Assembly: GCF_964204865.1 (NCBI RefSeq)
Contig: NC_135257.1
Location: forward strand, 23,746,001 to 23,810,000
From: Styela clava
Lineage: Eukaryota
DNA: 64,000 nt
Direction: 5' to 3'
Shown: positions 28,701 through 40,689 of the stretch, one piece after another
How the letters are laid out: each line of letters opens with the position of its first letter
Position numbering within the stretch: the first letter of the stretch is position 1
The notes under the pieces: generated by a model
Seen by the model: the letters and a program-made list of their open reading frames with translations, nothing else
Told to the model about the DNA's origin: nothing
The model's database searches: none
Program-made: the position numbers and the translations under genes

Positions 28701-29630
28701 CTACTTTCGAATTCGAACATTTTGAAAACCGAAACCCGGTTGTGACTCCCGGATTTCAGTTACGACTCCGACTTCAACAAAAACTCTTGACATATCGTGA
28801 GATATTAGTGGCCGCATGTATGGAATCTTGTTCGAGGAAAAGCGTGATGAGCGTCGAATATGAAGATATTTTTAAATACTGAAATATTAACTACCACCTC
28901 ACAAGACTTCTTCATTTTCAGTTTCGAATCCGATTCCCAACTCCGGTGCCTTAAAATTTTGACTCCTACCGCGAAATATGCCGCAGATTCTTTCCCTGGG
29001 CATGGGGGCTTACGACAAATTTGCGGACTCGGATATGTGCTTGTCCGTCGTATTAATACTTCTGAATCCCAAATTTTAATAAACGGAATTGAATCCTGAC
29101 TCCGGGCCTCTCAGCCCGGGAAAGTATAAAACTAGACTTCAGAAAAACTACATTCATCTTTGTGGTTGATACAACATGCTTGCATTTTACAGACCCACAA
29201 GCGCAGAAGCATATAATATAAGAAGTCCATGCCAAAGAAACCGAATTGATATAATTTTTCTTATTTTTAAACTCATTATATATGCAGCCGAATTTTAAAC
29301 AGGGGTATATACAGGGATGCATACCTAGTGGATGATTGTACATAGCCCTGTTAGAATTGGAGGCAAACGCTGTATAAACAATTGTACACTTTGTTTTCAG
29401 GAACCAAATACTCACAGATATCTTTTCGCTCCCTGTACGTATGAGAATCCCACCTTAACGCTTGTTGTTTGGACGAATAAAATATTCACTGTGGATTTTC
29501 CGAGCTGTATCGGTCGCCTTGACAACGATCTACGTCGTTTCCGTTTCCTGGCCTCGCTTGTGCTATCCAATATTAACAAAATCACCACAAATAGTGGAAT
29601 AAATCGCCGCATTTTATACAATAGCGACAT
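1600..29630 (-). CDS. Gene A: secreted multidomain protein, SP-FN3-Ly6/uPAR-like-9x sushi(CCP)-cbEGF (selectin/SVEP1-like sushi protein), 18 coding exons, about 913 aa
   Basis: Manual splice reconstruction: complement(join(1600-1775,2538-2681,2933-3018,3562-3661,3991-4167,4852-5058,6941-7159,7898-8080,8600-8785,9324-9500,10081-10163,20085-20208,21073-21249,25459-25532,25934-26114,26432-26555,27344-27452,29416-29630)). All introns are GT-AG, phases match, and there are no internal stops. The last exon is less certain. Confidence 0.88.
2538..2681 (-). CDS. Gene A exon 17 (calcium-binding EGF)
   Basis: [48 protein letters not shown]; matches D-x-N-E-C and C-x-N-x-x-G-S-Y-x-C. Confidence 0.92.
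2933..3018 (-). CDS. Gene A exon 16 (CCP9 second half)
   Basis: [28 protein letters not shown]; phase 2 to 1. Confidence 0.88.
3562..3661 (-). CDS. Gene A exon 15 (CCP9 first half)
   Basis: [32 protein letters not shown]; phase 1 to 2. Confidence 0.88.
3991..4167 (-). CDS. Gene A exon 14 (CCP8)
   Basis: [16 protein letters not shown]...[33 protein letters not shown]. Confidence 0.92.
4852..5058 (-). CDS. Gene A exon 13 (CCP7)
   Basis: [17 protein letters not shown]...[19 protein letters not shown]...WSSPPPFCQ. Confidence 0.92.
6941..7159 (-). CDS. Gene A exon 12 (CCP6, with loop insertion)
   Basis: [33 protein letters not shown]...[29 protein letters not shown]; not in the ORF track. Confidence 0.9.
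7898..8080 (-). CDS. Gene A exon 11 (CCP5)
   Basis: [35 protein letters not shown]...[12 protein letters not shown]. Confidence 0.92.
8381..8541. mobile_element. hAT MITE
   Basis: TIR TAGAGATGTACCGAT / ATCGGTACATCTCTA; degenerate 8-bp TSD. Confidence 0.75.
8600..8785 (-). CDS. Gene A exon 10 (CCP4)
   Basis: [18 protein letters not shown]...[33 protein letters not shown]. Confidence 0.92.
9324..9500 (-). CDS. Gene A exon 9 (CCP3)
   Basis: [11 protein letters not shown]...[33 protein letters not shown]. Confidence 0.92.
10081..10163 (-). CDS. Gene A exon 8 (CCP2 second half)
   Basis: [27 protein letters not shown]; phase 2 to 1. Confidence 0.9.
11374..12869. mobile_element. Non-autonomous hAT element (1.5 kb)
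   Basis: TIR CAGTGATTTTCAACC / GGTTGAAAATTACTG; 8-bp TSD CACTAGTC/CACTATTC; subterminal CGCGGAACAC repeats. Confidence 0.88.
16445..16815. mobile_element. Foldback-type MITE with tandem subterminal ACAGCGACTGTCA / TGACAGTCGCTGT arms
   Basis: Inverted arms built from short tandem units; flanked by a TTAGACCG(G)TATC direct repeat. Confidence 0.7.
19832..20020 (+). mobile_element. MULE-like MITE (9-bp TSD) copy 1
   Basis: GGTGACCGTACATTTGAACCC...GGGTTCAAATGTAATGGAACC; TSD GTTTTTGTT/GTTGTTGTT. Confidence 0.82.
20085..20208 (-). CDS. Gene A exon 7 (CCP2 first half)
   Basis: [41 protein letters not shown]; phase 1 to 2. Confidence 0.9.
21073..21249 (-). CDS. Gene A exon 6 (CCP1)
   Basis: [58 protein letters not shown]; 177 bp, phase 1-1. 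Confidence 0.92.
21581..21893. mobile_element. hAT MITE
   Basis: CCGGGGTGCACAAC / GTTGTGCACCCCTG; degenerate 8-bp TSD. Confidence 0.75.
22130..22346 (-). mobile_element. MULE-like MITE copy 2
   Basis: Perfect 9-bp TSD ATCGAATAC. Confidence 0.88.
25459..25532 (-). CDS. Gene A exon 5 (LU-like domain end)
   Basis: [25 protein letters not shown]; C-x-x-N-L-C-N end typical of three-finger domains. Confidence 0.85.
25934..26114 (-). CDS. Gene A exon 4 (Ly6/uPAR-like domain)
   Basis: [38 protein letters not shown]...KACSGRE; phase 1 to 2. Confidence 0.85.
26432..26555 (-). CDS. Gene A exon 3 (FN3 end, start of Cys-rich LU-like domain)
   Basis: [41 protein letters not shown]; completes the FN3 L-x-P-G-x-E-Y motif. 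Confidence 0.85.
27344..27452 (-). CDS. Gene A exon 2 (FN3 middle)
   Basis: ttattcag acceptor, [43 protein letters not shown] donor; phase 2 to 0. Confidence 0.85.
29416..29630 (-). CDS. Gene A exon 1: signal peptide, polybasic [12 protein letters not shown], start of FN3
   Basis: [34 protein letters not shown]...[17 protein letters not shown]; donor GTGAGT, phase 2. Confidence 0.85.
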
Positions 29631-30559
29631 TCTTAATTCGCAGCTGCAGACAAGGCAAAAAGTTATTTAAAAAAAAAATTGTTGACAGTACTGGGCCAAC
29701 TTGTCTCGAGAGTAACCTAGACGGTAAGCGCGTCACTCAAACCTATCGTTTGAAAATTGTGACCATGTAAGAGTCTAGTATTTGCATGTCTGGTCTAAAA
29801 CTCATGCTTTTACCGATATCGATGAAAATCTACACATCACTAGTGAATCCATAGGTAGCGTGTTAGGGACACTTGAAACTTTGCTAACAGTCCGCGCTGT
29901 ACTCAAAGGTTACTTATCTAGGATTTATTGTTCATCAACTCTCCCTGGATGTAAGATAGACAATGGGTCATCGGAAAGATTCTGGTCTGTAAAGTTAGCT
30001 CTATACAAAACGTTGGATATCCAGGCTTATCTATAGGATATATTTTCATGTTCTACAGTTTATCACTGTCTCTTCCCATCCCACGGTACCTTTCCCATGC
30101 ACAAGCCTGTGGATATCACTAGACAGAATCTAGTTCTGAGCGAAAGGCACGATTAGGCTTCGTTTTAATAAAAACTTCAACAATGGGTCTAGCAATGGAA
30201 ACATCAAAAGTCCAACCGCTACTCTATTAGCAAACGTTAAACACTATCACGGTAATACGGTAAAAGTTCTGGACCTGTCCGACCAGACCGAAACTAACTG
30301 AGCGAACATAATGTAGCTGATATTTCCGATAATAATTAAGAAGAAATCTATAAAAGCGTGAATTCCGAGCAATTGAATAAGTGATTCGGTACGCATTGTT
30401 TATTGTTAATACCAGGCGCTGTCTAACACGCAAAACCAACAAGACACGATTTCCCGATTTTGATTAAAAATACGTGATTCGCGAAACTTATCCGTAAGCA
30501 ATAATTACGCATCCATATATGGAGGCATAAATAATATCCGTATTTTTCGGAACATTGTT

Positions 30560-30750
30560 TTATGACCCTGAGTGGGAATTGGATGACCTTGAATGGAGCA
30601 TGATAAACTTGAGTGGGGCGCAATGACCTTGAATGATACCAAATGACCCTGAGTGGGACTTTCCGACCTCCAGTGGGACCTGATAACCTAGGCTTACCCT
30701 TTATGTCATTTTTAATGGGATCGTAGTGATCTCGAGTTGGACCTGATGAC
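30560..30750. repeat. Degenerate ~19-20 bp minisatellite
   Basis: tgaccctgagtggga / tgaccttgaatg units. Confidence 0.65.
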
Positions 30751-33700
30751 ATTAGATAAGACGCTGATACGATAAAATAAAAATACGTAACTTTTGATAA
30801 AGTCAAGTGGGATACCCATGGGCCATGGCCTGAAACCTCTATTATGCTATTTTTCAGAACTATCCTGAAGCGCCAATACAAGCAAACTATCTTAGCAATA
30901 TGGATACTGCATTATCCAGGTATAATCCCAAAATTGTACTCTAATTGCCAATTTCTATTTTGTTCAATATCCTACATTTATAAATATTTCTATTCATGTT
31001 TTATCGGAGAATTTAACAAAATGAGATTTCCAAAGCGATACGCTTTATATATACTAATTTCTTTCTGTTTGCTCTGAATGATGGATATAATCTACCTATT
31101 AGTCCAGTATATCCCATTTCATAATCAAAAATATTTATAATTTTTCTAAATCAAGTTTTCTAAAAAATTATATGATTTTTTATAACGAAAGGTAACGGCG
31201 CTAAATTGCAAAACTCTAATAAAATTTGAATCAATTCTAAATCATGTTTGGCGAATCCAAGAGTTTTCGCGGAAATTTGATCGCTTTGCGAACAGCGGCG
31301 ACGTGGTTCGCGCTTTGTGTTATGTCGGCATAACAGGCCAAGTTAATCTTAGAGCATAAGAACAGATAGTGTATAGTATCGAGATGAAAGCCCAAACATT
31401 TTATTCCGTTCGACAGACGTATTTGCGATCCATCAACGGCACATACGGTTCTTTATTTTCAGAAAATTTAACTTTTTGCGGAACGCTCCCTAAATATAAA
31501 TCTATAATTTTTTGTTATGACGTAACTCCATAATGTAGCAACGTAGAATCGTTTTCTCTTGTTCTGCTGATGTGTTGGAAGTTATCCTACGGCACATAGA
31601 CATTACATGCATATTTCCATAACGGTTCTATATATTTCAAGAAATTCCAGACACAATTATGACAATGTAACTACTATTTGCAACACTCTCCCTATTTCGA
31701 CTCAGTATATTTTATTTAAGACTTATATATTGCGGAAAAATAATAATGAAAATAATGTTATGACTCTTCATACAAAGTGGAAGATTCAGCATTTATTTTA
31801 TTTCTAACAAAGCTGTTCGGAATCTGGACACATCACATACATTCTTCTCTGTATATTGTCACATCAGCTGCTCTGCTTAAAAAATTAGTCCAACAACACA
31901 CGCTTATTTTTTCGGTTTAATATATTATATTAGATATACACGCTGCGTAAAATCAATAAAGATCAATTACTACTACCTATTCTATCTACGTTTACTTTCG
32001 TTCACATCGGGGAGTGGACTGAGTTATGTATAGCAACAAAGCACTAACACTCTTTTTTTTCTTTCGGAAAATCTAATCGAAGACAACCTAAAGCATACGC
32101 TCATCCGCACTGCACGTCTGAACTACAACTACAACGAACAACAGTTACTTGAAATTCAACTTTTTTTATTGAAATTCGAGACAAAACTTTTTTCTTTGAA
32201 ATTAACGCGACGTCGCTTTTTTATTTCCAAGTTCAAGCGCAATTATAACAGGTCGTTCTCATGTTTACGACTTAATTAGAATTTCACGGCAAAGAACCGA
32301 TTTGGCCGACAACACGACGAAGCCTCAGAGCATACATAAATGTATATGATTCTAGATCTATTATTCGGGCTAACTTTATATCCGTTACAATTATTTGAAC
32401 TTTTTGTTGGTATTTCCGTTTTGAAATTGACTGTGCGTGTTTTTCTGGCAATCTTTCATGTATTTGAGGTATGGACCTTACAGGTCGGTAGTGATATTTG
32501 ATCAAGCTTAATCTATGCTTTGAGATATTTAATAATATATAAAATTTCTTCATATACCATCCGTTTAGGTTACTTTAAGGTTTTTGCCAACACCATATGA
32601 GTAAAATGATTCAAGTTCAGTTAGTATAGCACGGACAATGTATGCATGAGTTATCTTGGCAAATGATTTTAATTCTTTTAATTATTTCTTGTTATATTCT
32701 GTACTGCTATCAATAATATGTGTAATCCCTCGCGTCCGTTAATTTGCTACATCTACCTGTCACTTGAGCCATCCATGGTCTAGGGAAAGCCCAGTTTCGT
32801 CTGCCAACATGGCAAAACATCTCTCAACCCAGTAATTAAATCTGTTTTATGAAAGTCATTGTTTGTTATTATTACGAGTAATATCGTTTAACACGACTTG
32901 GGGAAAATACGCAGATTGTTATCTGAGCCAAACTAGGCTAAAGGAAGGTTTATTTTGATAACTTTTATGAAACTATTTCAGTTCTTCATTCTGAGAAATA
33001 CCTAGTTTCATATCCTATCATTAATTTTCTGATCTGTTTTTATTGATTGTGTTTATCGGGTAAGTTGGGTTATTGCCCGACCCTTCTCGGATCAGAAAGT
33101 GGCGAGTCAATAACAGTATAGAATTTAGTCGAACCTTGGACGAGCAGCCACAGATACGCGTAAAGAAGGATGTAAGCAACCGTTGCACACGAATTTATGA
33201 AAATACTGATTTTTGGAACATCCATTACACCTTATATGAGGTGACTAAATTTCTTTCTTGTATTACCTGAAGATTTCCGACGCTTTGAACACGAGGCCAA
33301 CATGTCCATCATATCGGAAGATTGTAGGCATGGGAATTGAAGACGAGATCCCAGACTTGCGCCCAACGCTTTGTCAGCTTGGCCCAAAAACATTTTTCCT
33401 AATTTCACAACGTTTACTCGCGGTTTAACCCGAATATGTATGTACTGATATAAATAAAACCTCTATTGGACAAATTTCCGCGCTACCACGAAACTCAGTC
33501 ACGTTTTGTTTTTACGCAACAATGTTTTTATTGGCATCAAGAAATCAGCAACAAAAGTGGCTGCCAATACAATCACGATAAATCGAAGTCACGAAATCGT
33601 GGGACGGCAAATTATTCTCCAACACGCGTTACCGAGCACGCTACTGGAAAGTTCCTGACGATAAAAGTTGGCAACAGTCATTACTGTGTTTCCAACCTTT

Positions 33701-34300
33701 TTTGATACAATTCTCCCTTCGCCTTTTCATATCCGTTTAGTCCTCCCTCAAACTCTATGCTTAAGATCTCTGCTTTTATTATTTGTTCATCATTTAAAAG
33801 ATACTCAGATAGTGTTACGTGCAAATTTCAGTCTGGATTCTGTACAGTTGAAGTAATATAGAATATGTATTACAAATATACTAAATACCTTAGTATTAGC
33901 ACCGCGGATAAATGAAAATCACAAAATACTATTGAGAAGTAAATTTAGGGTGTCCTTTTTTTAAATTGCAAAGAGGGTTTATCGATACCCTATATTGTTT
34001 TGGTCTTCACAAATGCAATAAATGATATGAAAAACCTTGAATCATTACTGATTAAAAAACAACAAACCTGGTTAATTAAGATATATTGAGAGCTGACTTC
34101 ATAACAAAATTGAAGTTGTAAAGGGACTTTGTAGATCCCTGCAGTATTTTTTTTAGAGAGTCTCGGAGAAGTATGGACCATACTTGAGACTAGATTAGAT
34201 ACTGAATTTTACCAAAGGATCACGATCGGGAACACAACATCAGTTTGTAATTTTTTTCACGAAAACGTTCGCTTTGTGGGATTACCGTTTGGCAGCTGAC

Positions 34301-35279
34301 CAGTGTTCCCTCTAAGGTGTGCGCGCGTGCGCAGCCTCTGAAAGCTGTGTGCGCGCGCACACGCGCACATCTTAGAGCAGGGTCGTCCAACCCGTGGCCC
34401 GCGGGCAAGATGTGGCCCGCCAAGGAGTTCCGAGTGGCCCGCGCTGTATTTTCGGAATTAAATAAAAAAAGTACAACTTCTATTTTTCGAGTGATGTAGT
34501 TAATATGAAGATTTGATACAAACAATTTGTTATTTTTCCTGAAATGCGCTCTGCTGGCCCTTTCAAACGAACCATGAGTGCCATTTTGAATAGAAACCAA
34601 CTGGAAGATATCGATACATAAATAGTCGCTTACACCCTTGGGCAGAATGGCAGTTTTAATGACCTCATTATTTGGCAGCACTTACTTGTACAAGCAAGTT
34701 TTTTCACAGATGAACCATGTCAAATCCCCTGTGAAATCACTAATTTCTGACAGTCATATGGAAAATTCGCTTCGCATTGCTACATCGTCCATCTCAGCAA
34801 ATATTGACAAACTTGTTAGCGAAAAACAGTGCCAAACTTCACACTAAAATGTCTACTTTTAGAAAAAACTTGGTTGACTTCACTGTATCTTCGTTTTTTT
34901 TATTGTTCTTATTATTGGAAAAGTTTGGTGCAAGGGTTTTGTTTGTTTTTTTATTAACTTTTAGTCAGTGTAGCAAAACTAGAACATAATTACCATGTGG
35001 CCCACGCAATTAATAGTAAACTAAATATGGCCCGTCGGCCAAAAAGGTTAGACGACCCTGCCTTAGAGGATAGATTTACTGCGCACAGATGTATTTCGAT
35101 GTAATGTAACAATGTTCTCGGTTGGCAGGTTGAGAAAGTTTGTTGTTGGCCCACCCATTACCCAGTTAGAACGCCAAAATTTCTTCTTGGGTTTTTGCAC
35201 AAATATTTGTCACTTCCAAAGAGTGCGCACACACCAAAATTTCTGCGCACACATACTACAAAAATTAGAGGGAACATTG
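34301..35279. mobile_element. hAT MITE (outer) containing a nested hAT element
   Basis: TIR CAGTGTTCCCTCTAA / TTAGAGGGAACATTG; perfect TSD CAGCTGAC. Confidence 0.9.
34378..35060 (+). mobile_element. Nested hAT deletion derivative with transposase C-terminal remnant (GTF2IRD2/SPIN-like)
   Basis: TIR CAGGGTCGTCCAACC; TSD TCTTAGAG/CCTTAGAG; FGSTYL...NSLRIATSSISANIDKLVSEKQCQTSH*. Confidence 0.9.
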
Positions 35280-38200
35280 CAGCTGACTATGCCATCTTGT
35301 TTCGTCGGCCATGGGAGTAGTTCACCGTATATTAGATTGCGATGAGCGGATGAGATTCAGCTAACACATCAACTTGAATCAGCGTAATATTCGTTTAATC
35401 ATATATTTTTGTTGCATAGCATTTCACGGAATGCGATGTAAAACTGAAACCGAATCGGTCATTTGTATCATTAAAAGTCGTTGTTGCAGGAATCCCAATA
35501 CAAGCATAAAGTATATTAAACGTATTTTCATACTTGGGCCGATCAACTCTGATGTGCATTCTTCTAAGGCCCATACATAAGTGTATGATATTTGACCACG
35601 GAATAATTGCTTTGTGGCCTCATAATTCCATTCGACGTGACAATAGATAATTAATAATGCTTCCAGTGACGTCATATTGAGATTGCCAAATTAATGATCG
35701 ATAGAGGAATGAATCGGTTTTATTTTTATTATGACCGTTGACTTTTTGGATTTTGGCAAAATAAATGCAAAAGTGCTACGACTCGCCCTACTACACGGTA
35801 TTGCCGACGCTTCAGTAAAACATATGATAATTCTTTCTTTTGCAATTAATATTTGTGTCGCGTGCCGGATACTAAATGTGATTACTTATATTATTATATT
35901 GAGTGGTTAATTTACTGCACAAAATGCATTCAATGCGAAGTGCTTATGATATAAAAAAAATGGTAAAATACCCTATATGGAATACTCAATTGCAAATTGA
36001 TGTTTTCTCATTTTTTTCCGAAATCCTCAAAAATTTTGCGATAGCGCTGATGAACGTCCATGTAAAAATAAATGAGTAATGCAAATAAAAAAACATGCAA
36101 ACAATTGTCGGTGTCGTGATAGCGTGTGGCAACCGACTCCCTCGTGGGTAGTTCCCACCCTCACCGGCTCGTTCAGGGTGTGATAATTTGAACAGGCAAG
36201 AAAAGTCGTTTTTCAAAGATTCCAGTTCTTACAAAACAAGATGCTGATACAAACGGGTAAACCACGTGAACGGTAAAACGTAACATACGAGTGAATCTGG
36301 CATACGAGTGAATTATTTTTCGGAAATTCACAAAAAAATATGTGGACAGCGCTGACGAACTTTATCAAATGATTCATGTAGCACTCTTCCGAATAGTCCA
36401 CCTAAATGCATCGTGTCTTAAATACAAATATTTGTGGTCACGGTGGTTCTTTTTTGATATATTCCACATTTTGCCTAGTTTGGAATTGTTTCTTCCACCC
36501 TCACTTCGAATAAAAAAACAGCTTTAGTTGTTCAATCTTTAGATAGCTAATGTTGTGTGCCAGCCGCACTTCTGTTTTTGTATAGTTTGCGTATTTTATA
36601 GTGTGTGCATGAATAACCATTATAGTAATAAAAATAAAGGATATTATAAGTTGTATTGCAGCAAATACAAAGCAAGATTCCTACACAAGAAAGACTAAAT
36701 TCCTCTCGGGGGAAGAATTCGCCGGTCAGCGTGTTTGACCTAATTGCGACGTTGCAGGGGGATCTCTGGTTAAAATTCCGCATCCACAACATCGCTTACG
36801 GTGTTATAAATTTATAAGTAGGTAAGACCTCTCAAAACATTCTTTTCTCACTTAATCACAGATTGCCTGAACCTTCTTTGGAGTAGAAGGTTGAACACAT
36901 ATCCAAATATTTCGACCCTAGTAAATATCAGTGAGCAGTTCAAGTCAATATGGTCTGAAAGCCGGTCTGAAGTAGTAAATGCCACAATTGAAAAAAAATT
37001 GAGATAAAAAAATTCCTTCGTTTCGAAGGTGCACTAATACTAAGTGCATAAAAGTTCTTAACCTATGACGACGATCTGTTAAAACTTTAGCTCGGCAAAG
37101 AAATTGCGTCACTGTACCTTGAAGTTGATAAATGAAGAACAACTTGAACGAAACAACATGTAATTACGGTTGAACTAAACCCAAGAACTAACTAAAAACA
37201 TTGAAACTGGCAATTAGCGATGTTTGTTTGCAGAAATCTCAAAATAAATCTTGTCCGGAATCCAATTGTTTTCGTTCAAACCTGACATTAAGGAAACGAG
37301 TTCAACATTAATCAGGAAATTTTCGTCATCGGCACTGTATGTGTTACGCACAGTACCAAGCGTTTTCATTCATACATAACTATTTATTTATTACACAGCA
37401 TCTAGCGATAGATGAAGAGTTCGCGAGGTGGTGAACAATGGAATATTCAATTGCTGACGCACGATCCAAGTATTGCGAATAGTTGGCTATTCTTGTCGTG
37501 TTTTTATGGGAGTTTGCACCATCTCGGGCCCGCAACAAAATTTGTAAGGAAAGTTTTACACACAATCACTGAGACGTTAAAAGCTACACACACGACAAAG
37601 ATATCAGCAGCTGCCGTGAGCTTTGAAACAATCCAAGAAGCTACTAATTTCTTTTAGATTTTTTTTTCATCAAATTAGAAATTTACTTGCCAATGTTGGT
37701 CAAAAAGAGAATCTGCAATTACAAACGAGCACATTGGACCAGCGCAGTTACACCAACAGACACCAGTTGATTTATGCAATGCGAGTAGCAAATGCCTTGG
37801 AATGAAGCACTGGGTCTTCCTGTTATCAATGTATGTGTAATTGACCGCTTATACAAACAAGCATTAACAGCAAACACAAAATATGACATATAGACTAAAA
37901 CGCTGGATTTATTTAAACCAAAGCGGTGCAAGATTCCGTCTCTGTATTATCCCATTATTTTTAATTTTTAACGGCACTATTCGCGTTTCCGACGTTGTGT
38001 TACGTGACTAAGTCACACTGGGATGAAAATTCGTCTGGCAGTGATTCAGAAACGTGATATTTTTCATTGGTGCAGTTTTTCATTGGCGCAGTGTTGTGAT
38101 GAAAAATTTAAAATGCCTGCCAGCGGTGAAAAGCAAGGCTGGTTATGAGAAAATCTAAGAAAACGGACTAAAAAGTTAGATAACAGTATGGTAGTATGAA

Positions 38201-39870
38201 ATATTTTTTAGTTTAGTCCACAGGTCTGTTATTAAGGGCCTGATATATAATTAAACTTATTTGCCTAATACAAGTCATACAACCATTAATTTTGCATTCC
38301 AACATGCGATGGCTATAATTATCCCGATCATAGTTCATGGACGCGATCAACTTCCGGTCGAAACTGGACGTCACAAGTGGATTTGCAGAACTTTGTCGCA
38401 AATATTTCTCAAAACTTTTTTATATTTTTTTGTTAAAACAATGTTATGGGCACACATTTAGAAGTGAAGGAGTCTAATCCCTAAGAAATGTTATGATCGG
38501 CCACTAAAATGCCGAGAACCGGTAATCAGTAGCTTATTTCACACATGACTAACACATTGTACATACAGAATATAAAAAAAGATAAAAAAAAATGCGTTCA
38601 AGTGTGAAGGGCGACGCGATAAATCATTAATAGTGATCGAGCAGCAGCGTCACCTATGAGGAAGTCTACTTAATTAAGTCGTAGAGATAAAAGCTTTTTC
38701 GAATCCGCTCGCTTATTTTTGTCGGATGTGCGATCAGATTATCATGCATTTCAATCGCGCCGACCAGATGTATTGACCTCGTTAAGTCAACGTGAAAAAC
38801 GTTGGTAAAAACAAATTACATGAAGAAACTTAAAAGTGATTAGCTTGCGTTTTCGCTTTAATTATTTACTCTGGTACTTTGGAAAGGATTGAGTACCGAG
38901 AGTCATGGATTCGTCATTTACGTGACATCATTGTTACGTAACGCCTAATTAGAAGCGCAAATATGTGATAAAAATTGTGCAAATCAGTTAACTGCCTCTG
39001 TAAAATGTATTCAAATAAGCCTGAGGCTCAAAATAGCTAGAGGTTTGCAATATTGGAATCAAGTTGTGGTTAAATTTGGAAATTACGATGTGTGACGATA
39101 AATTATTTGAGTTTCGAAATGGTAATAAGGTTCCAAGTATCAATGAGTAACGACCTAATTCGATGCCATCATTTCTGAAACTCAAGGGCGTAGCATGTGC
39201 GATGTATGTATAAACTTAGTATGCAACAGCTTGCATTTTTGCAAATAAAAAATCAAACTTTGAATACAATGAATTGCAACATGCAATCGAATCCGGCGTT
39301 TCCAAATAATAATCATATTTTCGTGCAATCGATTAGGAAGCTTGCCAACTGAGAGTCATTTGCATCCACTTAGACGTCATATCCGGTTTTAGACAATTAA
39401 TCAAAGTTGAATGGATGCGAAACTTATCACTCTAGTCAAGTTATTTCTCACAAACAAGTAAAAATCAATCGTAGACAAATTACGAGAAAAAGTAATTACG
39501 CAGTTTTGCTAAGCAAGGAGAGCCACGGGTGAACTGAAGCTGGTTATCGAGCAGCGACACCCAAGGTTCTAATAACAAATTGAATCATAAGGAAATTCTC
39601 AGTTTCATTTTACTATTATGCGTTCACCCAAAACAAGGCTCTGTATAGGCAGTCGCTAATGTGTATGAAGCTGAAAGCCCAGTAAGGAATATTCGTTTCG
39701 GCATCGTTTACCAAAGTTGTCACACCTGTGTGAAGTAGTTGGCATGGTAATAAATCTGAGATCACCAGTTCATGTCGGATATGGGAATGGTTAACCACTT
39801 ATTATCGACCATCGGTCGTCACAACGACGAGTCCAGGAATATACTATTTGAGTGCTGTCGTGTGGCGGAG

Positions 39871-40053
39871 GGTTCCATCACATTTGAACCTAGGACAATT
39901 GCACCTGCATACTATTGCAACTATAAAATTATTTTTTTGTTTTACGGATATTTGATCCCATACTAACCCTAACCCATGGGTTTTAGCACCCGCATATAGA
40001 TTGAACCCGCGGATATATGGGTGCAAATGTATGGGTTCAAATGTACGGTCACC
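39871..40053 (-). mobile_element. MULE-like MITE copy 3
   Basis: Perfect 9-bp TSD GTGGCGGAG. Confidence 0.88.
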
Positions 40054-40689
40054 GTGGCGGAGACCCCAAAATATATGAACGTAATTATTTATCGAGGCCT
40101 GAAAAAGCACCTCGTTACGGGTATTAAATAGTCATTCACGGACAAAACGCAAGTACCAAGAACGTTTTAAAATATGACAGAACCCTGTAATACGTTTCAA
40201 GTATGAAGTATTCTGTCGGAAAGGGGAATAGATCCCGTAAATACCCAAAGAAATTGCCAACGTATTTAATCTAAAGAGTTTAAAAATATATATACGTTTT
40301 TCTCAGTTTCTCAAAATCATGTTTTTCAAGTTTAGCCTTTTTGGGTTGAAGCTCATTTGCGTAGTGGAAAGATTGTTCATTGGCGACATCCCGCGGCTAT
40401 TGCATATTTTAAAACATGAACAAAACGAAAGTTAAAGTTGAAATAAAATTTTCATTTAAACTGATTTGACAAAGGTACCGGAGCAAAACGACCGTGATGC
40501 CAGTCATATACTTAAGCCAGTAATTTACAGTCCGTGTCCCGCGGACTCGAAGAAACTCAAAAACCGAATTCGACAGGCACCTTCAGGTTTTGACTTAGAA
40601 AGGAAGAGAAGAAAGCCGATAACGCAGCTCAATCATATGCAAACCATGGCCGTTCGCCATGTTTCAAGATCATCTGGTGTATGAGAATA

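Noticed and set aside
30423-30881. 152-aa ORF
   Set aside because: The open frame arises from a degenerate minisatellite; no protein features.
34220-34681. 153-aa ORF (and its 99-aa twin at 46545-46844)
   Set aside because: Antisense or frame artefacts of hAT MITE sequence.
38113-38200. MPASGEKQGWL, a PH-domain-like start
   Set aside because: Immediate stop and no supporting downstream exons.
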